NCBI RefSeq assembly: GCF_006345805.1
Contig: NC_043025.1
Location: forward strand, 8,556,001-8,620,000
DNA from: Octopus sinensis
Lineage: Eukaryota
Reading direction: 5' to 3'
Length of the DNA: 64,000 nucleotides
Shown: positions 49,273 through 60,572 of the stretch, piece after piece
Layout of the letters: each line of letters opens with the position of its first letter
How positions within the stretch are numbered: the stretch's first letter is position 1
The notes under the pieces: generated by a model
What the model was told of the DNA's origin: nothing
The model's input: only the letters and a program-made list of their open reading frames with translations
The model's database searches: none
Made by a program: the position numbers and the translations under genes

Positions 49273-50151
49273 TTATATATAAATATGTTGTGCCACTATT
49301 TCCTGTATATATAATTGTACCTATACGGTGCTTTATTTCGCTGGAAAAGAATATTATTATACTTTAATAATATTTATAATTTTGCTCTTCTACTTGTTTC
49401 AGTCATTTGACTGTGGCCATGCTGGAGCACCGCCTTTAGTCAACCAAATCGAACCCAGGACTTATTCATTGTAAGCCTAGTACTTATTCTATCAGCCCCT
49501 TTTGCCGAACTGCTAAGTTATGGGGATGTAAACACACCAGCACCGGTTGTCGAGCGATGTTGGGAGGGACAAATACAGACACACAAACACCTATATATAC
49601 ATCATCATCATCATCATCATCATTTAGCGTCCGTTTTCCATGCTAGCATGGGTTGGACGGTTCTACTGGGGTCTGTGAAGCCAGAAGGCTTCATCAGGCC
49701 CAGTCAAATCTGGCAGTGTTTCTACGGCTGGATGCCCTTCCTAACGCCAACCACTCCGTGAGTGTAGTGGGTGCTTTTTATGTGCCACCCGCACATACAC
49801 ATACATAAATATATATATACATATATACGACGGGCTTCTTTCAGTTTCCATCTAGCAAATCCACTCACAAGGCTTTGGTCAGCCCGAAGCTATAGTAGAA
49901 TATACATGCCCAAGACACTGGTCAGTTACAGTGATCACGGTGACGGTGATATATATATATATAAATATTTAAATGGACCTAGCCGCAACCGATGCCGGCA
50001 GTTGCCGGGAGGCTGTCACGCGATCCACATGGTCGATACTGCGACATGGTCAGACCCATAAATTCACGTAAACTTATGGGTTGGACCACGCTGGATAGTC
50101 ACGCTCTAGGTGACCATCACACCCCAAGGGGGTCCAAACTATATGTAGGTG

Positions 50152-50378
50152 GCGAGCTGGCAGAAACGTTAGCACACCGGGCGAAATGCGTTGCCGTATT
50201 TCGCCTGCCGTTACGTTCCGAGTTCAAATTCCGCCGAGGTTGACTTTGCCTTTCATCCTTCCAGGGTCGATAAATTAAGTACCAGTTACGCACTGGGGTC
50301 GATGTAATCGACTTAATCTCTTTGTCTGTCCTTGTTTGTCTCCTCTATGTTTAGCCCCTTGTGGGTAGTAAAGAAATA
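50152..50378 (+). mobile_element. Same SINE family, monomer
   Basis: A-box/B-box head and body ending gtagtaaagaaata; another monomer at about 58467-58685. Confidence 0.8.
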
Positions 50379-50512
50379 TATATTAAGGGGTAGCAGCTGG
50401 CAGGTGTATGTCTCCGGCATCGGTCACGATGCTGCTGGAGACGTCAGCCAAAGCCTCCGTCAGCTCCGTGTGTGGCTGCCGCCTTCACGCCACCTTCCGT
50501 TCCCCCGCTCAC

Positions 50513-50578
50513 CTATGCGCCGAGGCCACCAGCGACAGGCCTTTGCCGGTCGCCCAGAGCTCCACTGCGCTACCGTGC
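50513..50578 (-). CDS. Candidate 66-nt in-frame cassette exon (GHGSAVELWATGKGLSLVASAHR)
   Basis: Pyrimidine tract plus tatcag| acceptor, catag|gtgagc donor, phase 2 to 2, no stop. The upstream intron would be only 54 nt. Confidence 0.4.
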
Positions 50579-50632
50579 CTGATATCGTAAGTTTACAAAA
50601 CAAAAGACAGGTAAATGGCCGATGTAACTCAC

Positions 50633-50810
50633 CCAGATTTCATCCAGGTCACCTTCTTTTGGCGTAACTTCCTCGACATGTTCTTCTCAGTTTGGCCCTC
50701 GTCGGGTAACAGATATAGAGCATCCACTGACACTTTCCCAACAGTAGCACGACCAAGCAATTTTAACCTTGCTATGCTCAGTGAGTCGGGGGATGGATGC
50801 ATATCAGCTT
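50633..50810 (-). CDS. C2CD3: C2CD3 exon, 178 nt, phase 1 to 2
   Basis: tctttttgcag| acceptor, |gtgagt donor. LSIARLKLLGRATVGKVSVDAL resembles the recalled vertebrate LSVDRLALLGR. Confidence 0.9.
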
Positions 50811-51139
50811 CTGCAAAAAGAAATAAAGACTTGTGATTACCCCTCGCATCATCATCATCATTGTTTAATGCCCATTTGCCACGCTGACAAGGGTTGGACG
50901 GTTTGACAGGAGCTGATCAGCTGAAGGGCCGTTCGGGCTCTATGTCTGTTTCAGCATGATTTCTAGAGCTGGATGTTATTCCTAACATGGTCCTGGGTTC
51001 AGTCCCACTGCAGATCAAGATTGGAGCCTGGTGCAGCCATCTGGTTCGCCAGCCCTCAGCCAAATCGTCCAACCCATGCCAGCATGGAAAGTGGACGTTA
51101 AACGATGATGATGATGATAGAAAAGGACAACCTACATCA

Positions 51140-51334
51140 GTGCACCTGAGCACTGTGGTTCACCTGAGCACTGTGGTGCACTGAGCACTGTGGTGCACCT
51201 GGGCACTGTGGTGCACCTGAGCACTGTGGTGCACCTGGGCACTGTGGTGCACCTGAGCATTGTGGTGCACCTGGGCACTGTGGTGCACCTGAGCACTGTG
51301 GTGCACCTGAGCACTGTGGTGCACCAGAGCACTG
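51140..51334. repeat. 18-bp minisatellite gtgcacctgagcactgtg, about 11 copies
   Basis: Directly visible; lies about 60 nt from the donor of exon 51398-51842. Confidence 0.95.
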
Positions 51335-51397
51335 TATACAATAATTTCATTATTATTTATTACATTCACACCAATTTCAAAAAACACCTGTTTTTAC

Positions 51398-51842
51398 CTG
51401 TCTCAATGCTCTGGCCACTGGATGATACCATTTCAAAGGAAACTTTGGAAGAATCTGAATGGTTCGTGCCAACCGAGTCGGTGTCACTAAGGTCACTTCC
51501 GGTTTTGCCACGGGTTGGCTCACGACCCTTGTTTCTGCTCCTACTCCTGCTCCTACTTCTACTCCCACTTTTACTCCTACTCGTGCCTGATTTTCTCCCA
51601 CTCCCGCTTGATTTCATAGGGCTCCTTGCTCTGGCCACTAACGAGGGCTTTTTAGTTGTCGTTTGACCTGATTTGGAAGCTGCTGCTGCTGCTGTTGTTG
51701 TTGTTGATGTCGTCGGCAATGGTTTGGAGGGGTTCAAAGGCGGTTTTGACCTCAAGCTCACGTCTGCAGGAGACTTACCAGTGGGGGTCGTCGTTGGTCT
51801 AACACTGCCCGATGCTTCTTCTGGGGCAGGGGTCAATGCATG
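51398..51842 (-). CDS. C2CD3: C2CD3 exon, 445 nt, phase 0 to 1, low-complexity S/T/P/R-rich
   Basis: gtttgtctcttcccag| acceptor, |gtaaaa donor. Stop-free (track ORF 51366-51860); phases fit both neighbours. Confidence 0.8.
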
Positions 51843-51922
51843 CTGGGAAGAGACAAACACAGGAAAAAAAATATTAATAAAACTGTACCATGTAATTATT
51901 ATTACCTCCTCCTCCTCCTCCT

Positions 51923-52478
51923 ATCATCATCATCATCCCCATCATCATCATCATCCCCATCATCATCATCATCATCATCATCCCCATCATCATCATCATC
52001 ATCACCATCATCATCATCCCCATCATCATCCCCATCATCATCATCATCCCCATCATCATCACCATCATCATCATCCACATCATCATCACCATCATCATCA
52101 CCATCATCATCATCATCCCCATCATCATCATCATCATCATCATCACCATCATCATCATCCACATCATCATCATCCCCATTATCATCATCATCCCCATCAT
52201 CACCACCATCATCACCATCATCATCATCATCCCCATCATCATCATCATCCCCATCACCATCACCATCATCATCATCCCCATCATCATCACCATCATCCAC
52301 ATCATCATCATCCCCATCATCATCATCATCCCCATCATCATCATCATCACCATCATCACCATCGTCATCATCCCCATCATCATCATCATCATCATCCCCA
52401 TCATCATCCCCATCATCATCATCATCATCATCATCCCCATCATCATCCACATCATCATCATCCCCATCATCATCATCA
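51923..52478. repeat. Interrupted (CAT)n trinucleotide array
   Basis: (cat)n with ccc/cac interruptions. Confidence 0.95.
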
Positions 52479-53714
52479 CAAACACTGGTTTCAAATTTTT
52501 GGCACAAGCACAGCAAATCCAAGGGGGAGGGAGCAAGTCAGGAAGTTGATTACAGCGACCCTAGTACATAACTGGTACTCATTTTATCGACCTCGGAAGG
52601 ATGAAAGGCAAAGTCGACCTTGGCAGAATTTGAACTCAGAATACAAATACAGACAAAATGCAATTAGGTATTTTGACCAACATTCTTTTACTTGACTGCG
52701 GCCATGCTGGAGCACTACCTATAGTCGAACAAATCGACCCCCAGGACTTATTCCTTGTAAGCCTGGTACTTATTCTATCGTTCTATTTTGCTGAACTGCT
52801 AAGTTACAGGGAAATAAACACACTGACATTGGTTGTCAAGCGATGGTGAATTTTTCACAGGTCCAGCTAGTTATTATTATTATTATTATTTCTATTATTA
52901 TTATATATGCATGTGTCTATGGGTCTGTGTTTGTCACCTGCCACCATCACTTGATAACTGGTGTTAGTTTATTTACATCCCAGTAACTTAACAGTTTGGC
53001 AAAAGGGACTGATAGAATAAACACCACAAGCAGCAAATGACAAAAGCCTCCAAGATGGTGCCCCAGCATGGCCACAATCCAATGACTGAAACAAGTAACA
53101 GATAGAAGATAAGAGATAATAAAGTCCTCTGCTTTTTAAGAAAATAGGGTGTGATTTGAGGGAGATTTGGCTGGTATTTCCAGCAGGTCAAGCAACAATA
53201 TAACAGACCCTTCTTTAGTTTGTCTACAGCAGAGGAAAGAAAACTGCATGGTAGTCTAAAAAGAAGATGGGTAATATGGTTCTACTTGCCTTATTCTGTT
53301 GTGGGTCAAGGTTTGGGGGATGCTGGTTCACACATAGAAATTCCGGATCACACTGAAAGACATGAGAAGTTAAGATATTGAATTTGATGCTGTTAGAAGT
53401 AAGAGAACTGAGATCAAAAGCATTCCAGACATGGCCACCACATTTGTCACCTGTCTTGAACCCCTATCTTGCTCGGTATATCAATCTGTAAACTGTTCAG
53501 AAATGTGCAACCAGAGGAATCGCTTTTGAATGGGCCAAGACTATAGTAGAAGACACTTGCCCAAGGTGCCACGCAGTGGGACTGAACCCTGAACCATGTG
53601 GTCGGGAAGCAAGCTTGTTACCACACAGCCACTCTTGCACCTGCACCTATATATGCATATGATGTATATGTATGTATATATAACTTCATAATTTGAAACT
53701 GACTTATTGGAAGT

Positions 53715-53757
53715 CCACCTGAAGATTGTCGATCAAGACAAGAAACAATTGTAGTGG
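53715..53757 (+). ncRNA. Minimal type-I hammerhead ribozyme, canonical core
   Basis: CCAC-CUGAAGA-UUGUC(GAUCAA)GACAA-GAA-AC(AAUU)GU-A-GUGG. Three stems plus full core; GUA cleavage triplet; palindromic stem III. Confidence 0.85.
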
Positions 53758-53871
53758 CGGTTTTTTTGACTATTTATTAAAATTTTATGTATTGATTAAG
53801 TCTTTCCTTGTTTGTTTTGCAAAATAGTGGTTTTGTCTCTAATAATATTTTATATATATATATATATATAT

Positions 53872-54206
53872 GTGTCCGTTGCCAGCCTCGGCTGGCCCCC
53901 GTGCCGGTGACACGTAAAAGCACCATCCGTTCGTGTCCGTTGCCAGCATCGCCTGGCCCCGTGCCGGTGACACGTAAAAGCACCATCCGTTCGTGGCCGT
54001 TCGCCAGCTCTGTCTGGCACCTGTGCAGGTGGCACGTAAAAAAACACCCACTCCACTCGCGGAGTGGTTGGCGTTAGGAAGGGCATCCAGCCGTAGAAAC
54101 ACTGCCAGATCTGACTGGCCCTGACGAAGCCTTCCAGCTTCACAGACCCCAGTTGACCCATCCAACCCATGCTAGCATGGAAAGCGGACGCTAAATGATG
54201 ATGATG

Positions 54207-54208
<2 letters not shown>
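53872..54208 (+). mobile_element. RTE LINE 3' UTR copy
   Basis: Same family. Further copies at about 4470-4650, 35551-35795, 49600-49790, 55960-56350, 57895-58230 and 61088-61425. Confidence 0.8.
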
Positions 54209-54248
<40 letters not shown>

Positions 54249-54254
54249 ATATAC

Positions 54255-54297
<43 letters not shown>

Positions 54298-54343
54298 TCA
54301 ATTTCATTGATTAATAATTAATTAATTTTACCCTCAAGTGTTG

Positions 54344-54378
<35 letters not shown>

Positions 54379-54474
54379 CGGGAAGGTTTATGAAAATAAA
54401 CAAAAGACGAAGGCAGGTGGAATACAAACATACAAATGTATTAGTATAACGCTCAGGAATAGAAATAGAACAAG

Positions 54475-54512
54475 TCTTTTATGTTTCGAGCCTACGCTCT
54501 TCTACAGAAAGA
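54475..54512 (-). ncRNA. Hammerhead-like motif, A6U family (stem III mismatch)
   Basis: UCUUU-CUGUAGA-A-GAGC(GUAG)GCUC-GAA-ACAU-A-AAAGA. Confidence 0.4.
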
Positions 54513-54808
54513 TACACAGAAAAAAAACAAGGAGAGAAAAAAAATGCATGTAGAAGCTAACGATCTAACATATATATGTGTGTGTGTGTGTGTGCATGTG
54601 CGTGTGTGTATATATGTGTGTGTGTGTGTGTATGTGTAATGTGTGTGTGGTGTGAATATCTTACTTGGAAACGGGTGAGGGTTGGCAACAGCAAGGGCTC
54701 CCTTCCAACTCATGAACGCATAAATGTTAAAATAATGGTGGTGATACTGTCCCATAAATGCATGCGAAGCACTCGCAAATATTTCATAAGAAATCTGGTG
54801 TTACTGAC

Positions 54809-54922
54809 CGCATTTGTGTAAAGAAGTTCTTGCAGAAGTTCCTCTTGGTGAACAGGGTCTGATATGTCGCTGTTGTCTACCTCCAAACTGGACTGGCTGG
54901 ATAGGGACAAGTTGGACATTAC
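54809..54922 (-). CDS. C2CD3: C2CD3 exon, 114 nt, phase 0 to 0 (NAGNAG acceptor)
   Basis: ttttctgttagcag| acceptor, |gtcagt donor. Peptide VMSNLSLSSQSSLEVDNSDISDPVHQEELLQELLYTNA. Confidence 0.8.
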
Positions 54923-55133
54923 CTGCTAACAGAAAATAACAAGAAGTAGGAGAAGGAGGAAGAGGCAGACGTAGACATTCTCAAGGAAACAGAGAGAACA
55001 ACATTTCGTATTCAAATTTGGCACCAACAGGTTTAGATGAATGTTTTGTTTTTCTTTGTGTGCCTACACTTCCTATAAATTCTTAAAACCTTTTCTTTTC
55101 CTTCAATTCCCCTCACACCTCATCGTTTCCTTT

Positions 55134-55640
55134 CAGAGCTATGCCGTCGGGAACTTCGGTTCCCGGTAGGGCCGCCCAAGACGGATTGGTCTGACACCAA
55201 GTGGTATTAGGGCCACAACCTGGCAGACGGGGCTCTGGTGAAAATCCTCGGAGTGTCTGTTTGTGTCCCCAAAGTCCATCCCCTCCTCACTGTGGTGGGG
55301 ATGCTGGCAACGGGTAGTGTCAGAGCTATGCCGTCAGGAACTTCGGTTCCTGGTAGGGCCGCCCAAGACGGATTGGTCTGACACCGAGTGGTATTAGGGC
55401 CACAACCTGGCAGACGGGGCTCTGGTGAAAATCCTCGGAGTGTCTGTTTGTGTCCCCAAAGTCCATCCCCTCCTCACTGTGGTGGGGACGCTGGCAACGG
55501 GTAGTGTCAGAGCTATGCCGTCGAGAACTCCGGTTCCTGGTAGGGCCGCCCAAGGTGGATTGGTTTGACACCGAGTGGTATTAGGGCCACAACCCGGCAG
55601 ACGGGGCTCTGGTGAAAATTCTCGGAGTGTCTGTTTTGGT
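55134..55640 (+). repeat. 187-bp GC-rich structured tandem repeat (about 2.7 units)
   Basis: Unit starts at 55134, 55321 and 55508. Confidence 0.85.
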
Positions 55641-56883
55641 AAACGGCAGCTCCTCGGTCGTTCTGTCCCTGTGTCTGCGGACAATCTGTAGCAAACAAGA
55701 TGTCTCCACATGCGGGATTGTTGAGGACCGCTTGTAAAATCCACAAATTCCCACAAAACTTCTTCCATGATAGAAGCCGACTCAACCCGCCCAAGATGAA
55801 TGCCACCACAAGTACAAGTAAGTAGTACAATTTTGCCTGCATCTCCTCATTCCATTACTCTTTCTTTCTTCCTTCTCACATTGGTTCCCATACCGTTACT
55901 TGTTCACATATAAAGCTCACATAATCCTGTGTTCCTCATCAGTTGCAGCCTATTTATTTTTTAACTTTATCATCAGCATGTAAAGTCCACTCTCCATGTT
56001 GGCATGTGTTAGATGGTTCAGCTGGAACTGATAAGCCAGGAAGCTGCACCGGGTTCCAAACTGATTTAGTATGGTTTCTACAGCTGGATGCCCTTCCTAA
56101 CGCCAACCACTCCAAGAGTGTAATGGGTGCTTTATATGTGCCACCAGTATGGGTACCATTTACATGACACCACCACGAATGCCATTTACATGACACAGGC
56201 AACGATTATGGCTATGATTTCACTTGGTTTAACAAGTTTTCTCAGCACAGCGTTGCCAAAGGTCTCAGTCACTTGTTACCTCTGTGAGGTCCAACATTTG
56301 AAAGATAAGGCTACCAGCAACAGCCTGACTATGATTTCAACTTAGAGCATGTAAAATTCTGCTGTTTTCTCATTTATTTCTGACCTTTCAATTTTTCCCC
56401 TGAAAAATTCACCAACAGTTGATGCCCCCTGACCACTTTTTTATAAACAACTCATATACTTTATTTACATTATTTACATTTGATGGATATTTGTCCTCAT
56501 CTTGTTTGTTGTTAACCCTCCAGCCTTTATCTGGTATCTTGGGGAAATTTCAAACCTGGGTTCTTATTCCTAAGGTATTTTTCAATGTCATTATTATTGT
56601 TACTATTATTATTATTATTATTATCATTTGGCCTCCGTGCCGGTGGCACGTAAAAAGCCCCATCCGATCGTGGCCGTTTGCCAGCCTCGTCTGGCACCTG
56701 TGCCGGTGGCACGTAAAAAGCACCCACTACACTCATGGTCACTGTCTGAAATATCAGATTTTCACCTCTCCACAGTATCATTTTTATTACTAATCCTATA
56801 TCTCCATGTAAGACCATTATCATTCACCGCTTATCTGTGTAAAGTTATATACGGCTATGGTACATCCACATTTACAATTTGCA

Positions 56884-57561
56884 GATCTTTTCGGTTTGAA
56901 CGGCAGTTTTTTCTAGCGGTGTCATATGAAATTGTCACCCATAATTATGACCCTAGTATCGATCTATTACATTTCAATTTTAGGGTTAGGGTTAGTTAGG
57001 GTTAGGGGCGGGGGGGGGGAAGGGTATCTTTTTTTTTTCTTCAGAAATGTAAATAAACCCAATCTGTTTCTTAAACGAGGGACATATTCATACGGCACAG
57101 AATGTTGTTTACCTCAATAGACGTCAGTGATTGGTTGAAATTGCAGAAATTGAAGAAAAACAACAACAAATATCTTACAAACTATGGAATTTTCTCAATA
57201 AAGCCAAGAGAAAAAGATGTTTTATAAACACATTCTACCAGTATACGAAGTTTAAAAGTGTTTAGTTACGTGGAAATTATTTTTAAAAACTGCCGTTCAA
57301 ACCGAAAAGATCCCTGTTTCTTAAACGATGGACATATTCATATGGCACAGAATGTTTTCACCTCAATAAACGTCATTGATTGGTTGAAATTGCAGAAATT
57401 GAAGAAAAAAAACAACAAATATCTTACAAACTACAGAATTTTCTCAATAAAGCCAAGAGAAAAAGATGTTTTATAAACACATTCTACCAGTATACGAAGT
57501 TTAAAAGTGTTTAGTTACCTAGAAATCATTTTAAAAAACTGCCAGTCAAACCGAAAAGATC
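56884..57561. mobile_element. MITE with 28-bp TIRs, internal TTAGGG-like tract and duplicated right arm
   Basis: GATCTTTTCGGTTTGAACGGCAGTTTTT at 56884 is inverted at about 57285-57312; the about 249-bp right part is repeated to 57561. Flanks ACAATTTGCA / AAAATTTGCA. Confidence 0.65.
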
Positions 57562-59635
57562 AAAATTTGCATCTCCAGTCTGGAACCTCCATCTTGTCCT
57601 CAACACCAATCTACAGGAAGCTATCTAGAGACATGCAACCAGACAAATATCCTCAGTCAGTTACCCTATCTTGAACATGGTCCTTCTCTGGGTATTGACA
57701 CACTAAAACTTCAATATCAAGCAATTGATTTGGTAGAAACCCACAAGATTATCCATTATCTTTCCAACGACATTGGTCACCTTTTTCAATTCAATACGTC
57801 TACTACCTATGGACATGCTTATAAAAACAAAAACTGTGTGAAACCCACATAACTTTTGGAAAAATTATTTTACACTCTAGCTCTGATACCCGTAAGAGAA
57901 CCATCAGAACGTGGCCATTGCCAGCGCCGCCCCAACTGGCCTCCGTGCCAGTGGAATGTAAAAAGCACTATCCGATCGTGGCCGCTGCAAGCCTTGCCTG
58001 GCCCCCGTGCCGGTGGCACATAAAAAGCACCATCCAATCGTGGCCTCGTCTGGTACGTAAAAAGCACCCACTACACTCACGGAGTGGTTGGCATTAGGAA
58101 GGGCATCCAGCTGTAGAAACACTGCCAGATCAGACTGGGCTTGGTGCAGCCTTCTGGCTTCCCAGACCCCAGTTGAACCATCCAACCCATGATAGCATGG
58201 AAAGCGGACACTAAATGATGATGATGATGATTTAGACAAAGCTAAGTGAAACTGTAATCATGGCTAGCACCAGTGACACATAAAAGGCACCCGTGCCTGT
58301 GACATGGGAGAAGCATCCATGCTAGTGACACCTAAAAGGCACCCAAAAGGAACTCATACCAGTGACATGTGAGAGGCACCTGTACCAGTGATACACGAAA
58401 GGCACTGGTGCCCACTATCAGTAAAAGACACCCTGTACACTCTATGCAGTGGTCGGCATTAGGAAGGGCAGAAACGTTAGCACACCGGGCAAAAGGCTTA
58501 GCGGTATTTCGTCTGCCGCTACGTTCTGAGTTCAAATTCCACCGAGGTCGACTTTGCCTTTCATCCTTTCAGGGTCGATTAAATAAGTACCAGTTATGCA
58601 CTGGAGTCGATGTAATCAACTTAATCTCTTTGTCTGTCCTTGTTTGTCCCCTCTGTGTTTAGCCCCTTGTGGGCAATAAAGACATAATTAGGAAGGGCAT
58701 CCAGCTGTAGAAATCAACCCAAAACAGACAACTGCAACCTGGTGCAGCCCTCCAGCTTACCATCACCAGTCAAACCATCTGACCCCATGCCAGCATGGGA
58801 AACAGATGCAAAATAATGATGATGAATTATGAATGATGAATAATGAATAATGAATAATAATAATAATGAATAATGAATAATAATGAATGATGAATAATGA
58901 ATTATGATGATGAATAATGAATTGTGATGATGAATAAACTTCTCTAATCAGTTGCTGTCAAAACACTGCCACCTTCAAAATTCCATGTTTTCCGAAATTT
59001 GATAACACTGCTCCGGACATGTTTCTACATTCTTTCCTCTGTATGTGTCTTTTACTGTTCAATTTCAACGAGATGTATTTATTAATCACCCGTCAAGATA
59101 TATCTGCACCACTGGATGCTCCTGTAAGAGTTCTTGAGTGTCCCACCCAAGAGGAATCGATGCTAGATGTGTCAAAACAATTGTTGTGATTAACAATAAA
59201 TTCTTGTATATCCCAACTTCTGTCTTTCGTTTGCTATTAATATATATATATTATATATATATATATAATATAATATTAATTAGAGACAAAACCACTATTA
59301 TGCAAATCAAACAAAGAAAGACTTAATCCAATATTTCTTTGTTTGATTTGCATAATAGTGGTTTTGTCTCTAATTAATATTATATTATATTTTACTATAA
59401 AATTGGATTCAATCCTAAATCTGATTTTTCCCTGTAAATTTGGATTTATTCCCTAATATTTATTATTATTTATATATATATATATTATATATATATATAT
59501 ATATAAATAAGTTCAGTAAAATTTGGATTCTGTTGAATATGGTACTTAAGTTAAAGGCACCAGAATTTGGTATGGTAATATCCATATAATTCAAAATGGG
59601 GTGATTACCTCTGGATATCCTTGTTGCTTATTTTG

Positions 59636-59700
<65 letters not shown>

Positions 59701-60021
59701 TTATAAATATAAATTAATAATTTTAAATTTTTAACTTTAAATATAAATAATTTAAATTTTGAATTTTATATTTTATATATTTTGTATTTTATATAATTTT
59801 ATTTCTATGTTTTGGTTTATGTTTTACACTGTTTGATTTGACTAATAGTGGTTTTATCTCTAATTTAATTTATATATATATATATACACACATATATATA
59901 CACATACACACACACACATATATGTATGTATGTATGTACGTATGTATATATGTATGTATCTATACACACACATACACACACACAAGAGAGAGGAAGATAG
60001 TATTAATGATGTATTCCTTAC

Positions 60022-60142
60022 AATGGCACCATGGTCAGGTCCAAGCACCAGGTCCATAATCCTCTCTTCGGAGTTCTCTGGATCACTGTTGAAGTTCTGT
60101 TCTGCAAGAATCTCCTGGAACAGACTACCACAGGAACTGCTT
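60022..60142 (-). CDS. C2CD3: C2CD3 exon, 121 nt, phase 2 to 0
   Basis: ctttgcttttccag| acceptor, |gtaagg donor. Open peptide [40 protein letters not shown]; phases chain on both sides. Confidence 0.8.
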
Positions 60143-60572
60143 CTGGAAAAGCAAAGGGAGAGTCAGGTAGACATGAAGAAGGTCAAGAAATCAAGGTAAA
60201 AGGGGTCACCGAAAATTTCAGTAGATATTGCAAGAGAGGGAAGAGATGGGTTGCAATCTACCTCAAGAGAGTAAGAGAGAGAGGTATTTGTGTGTGTGTG
60301 TATATATATATCTTTATATATATATACAAAATAAGAAAATGGAGGAATAGATTTCTTTCAATCATCAACTTCCAGATAATACCAATCCATATAATTTATT
60401 AACTAATTAATTAAATTAAATAGGAACATCCAAATCCAACAGAATAAAATAATATACATCAATAAGTAATTATTTTTATGGTATTATCTTACTTATTGAT
60501 GTATATTGTTTTATTCTGTTGGATTTGGATGTTCCTATTTAATTACTTAATAAACTATATGAATTGGTATAG

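Noticed and set aside
51673-52695. Poly-His, poly-Ser, poly-Asp and poly-Met ORFs
   Set aside because: (CAT)n microsatellite read in different frames.
55200-55225. Pistol-ribozyme-like GTGGTATTAGGGCCAC
   Set aside because: The required downstream pseudoknot partner (CCCUAA) and conserved linkers are absent.
55513-55842. Signal-peptide-like ORF MQAKLYYLLVLVVAFILGG...
   Set aside because: Runs into the non-coding 187-bp repeat, has no recognisable domain, and probably is the antisense reading of a repeat element.
56983-57008. Interstitial telomere
   Set aside because: Only about 4 imperfect TTAGGG units, inside a MITE.
59140-59190. Hammerhead-like remnant (AAAACAATTGTTGTG)
   Set aside because: The CUGANGA core and stem II are not recoverable.
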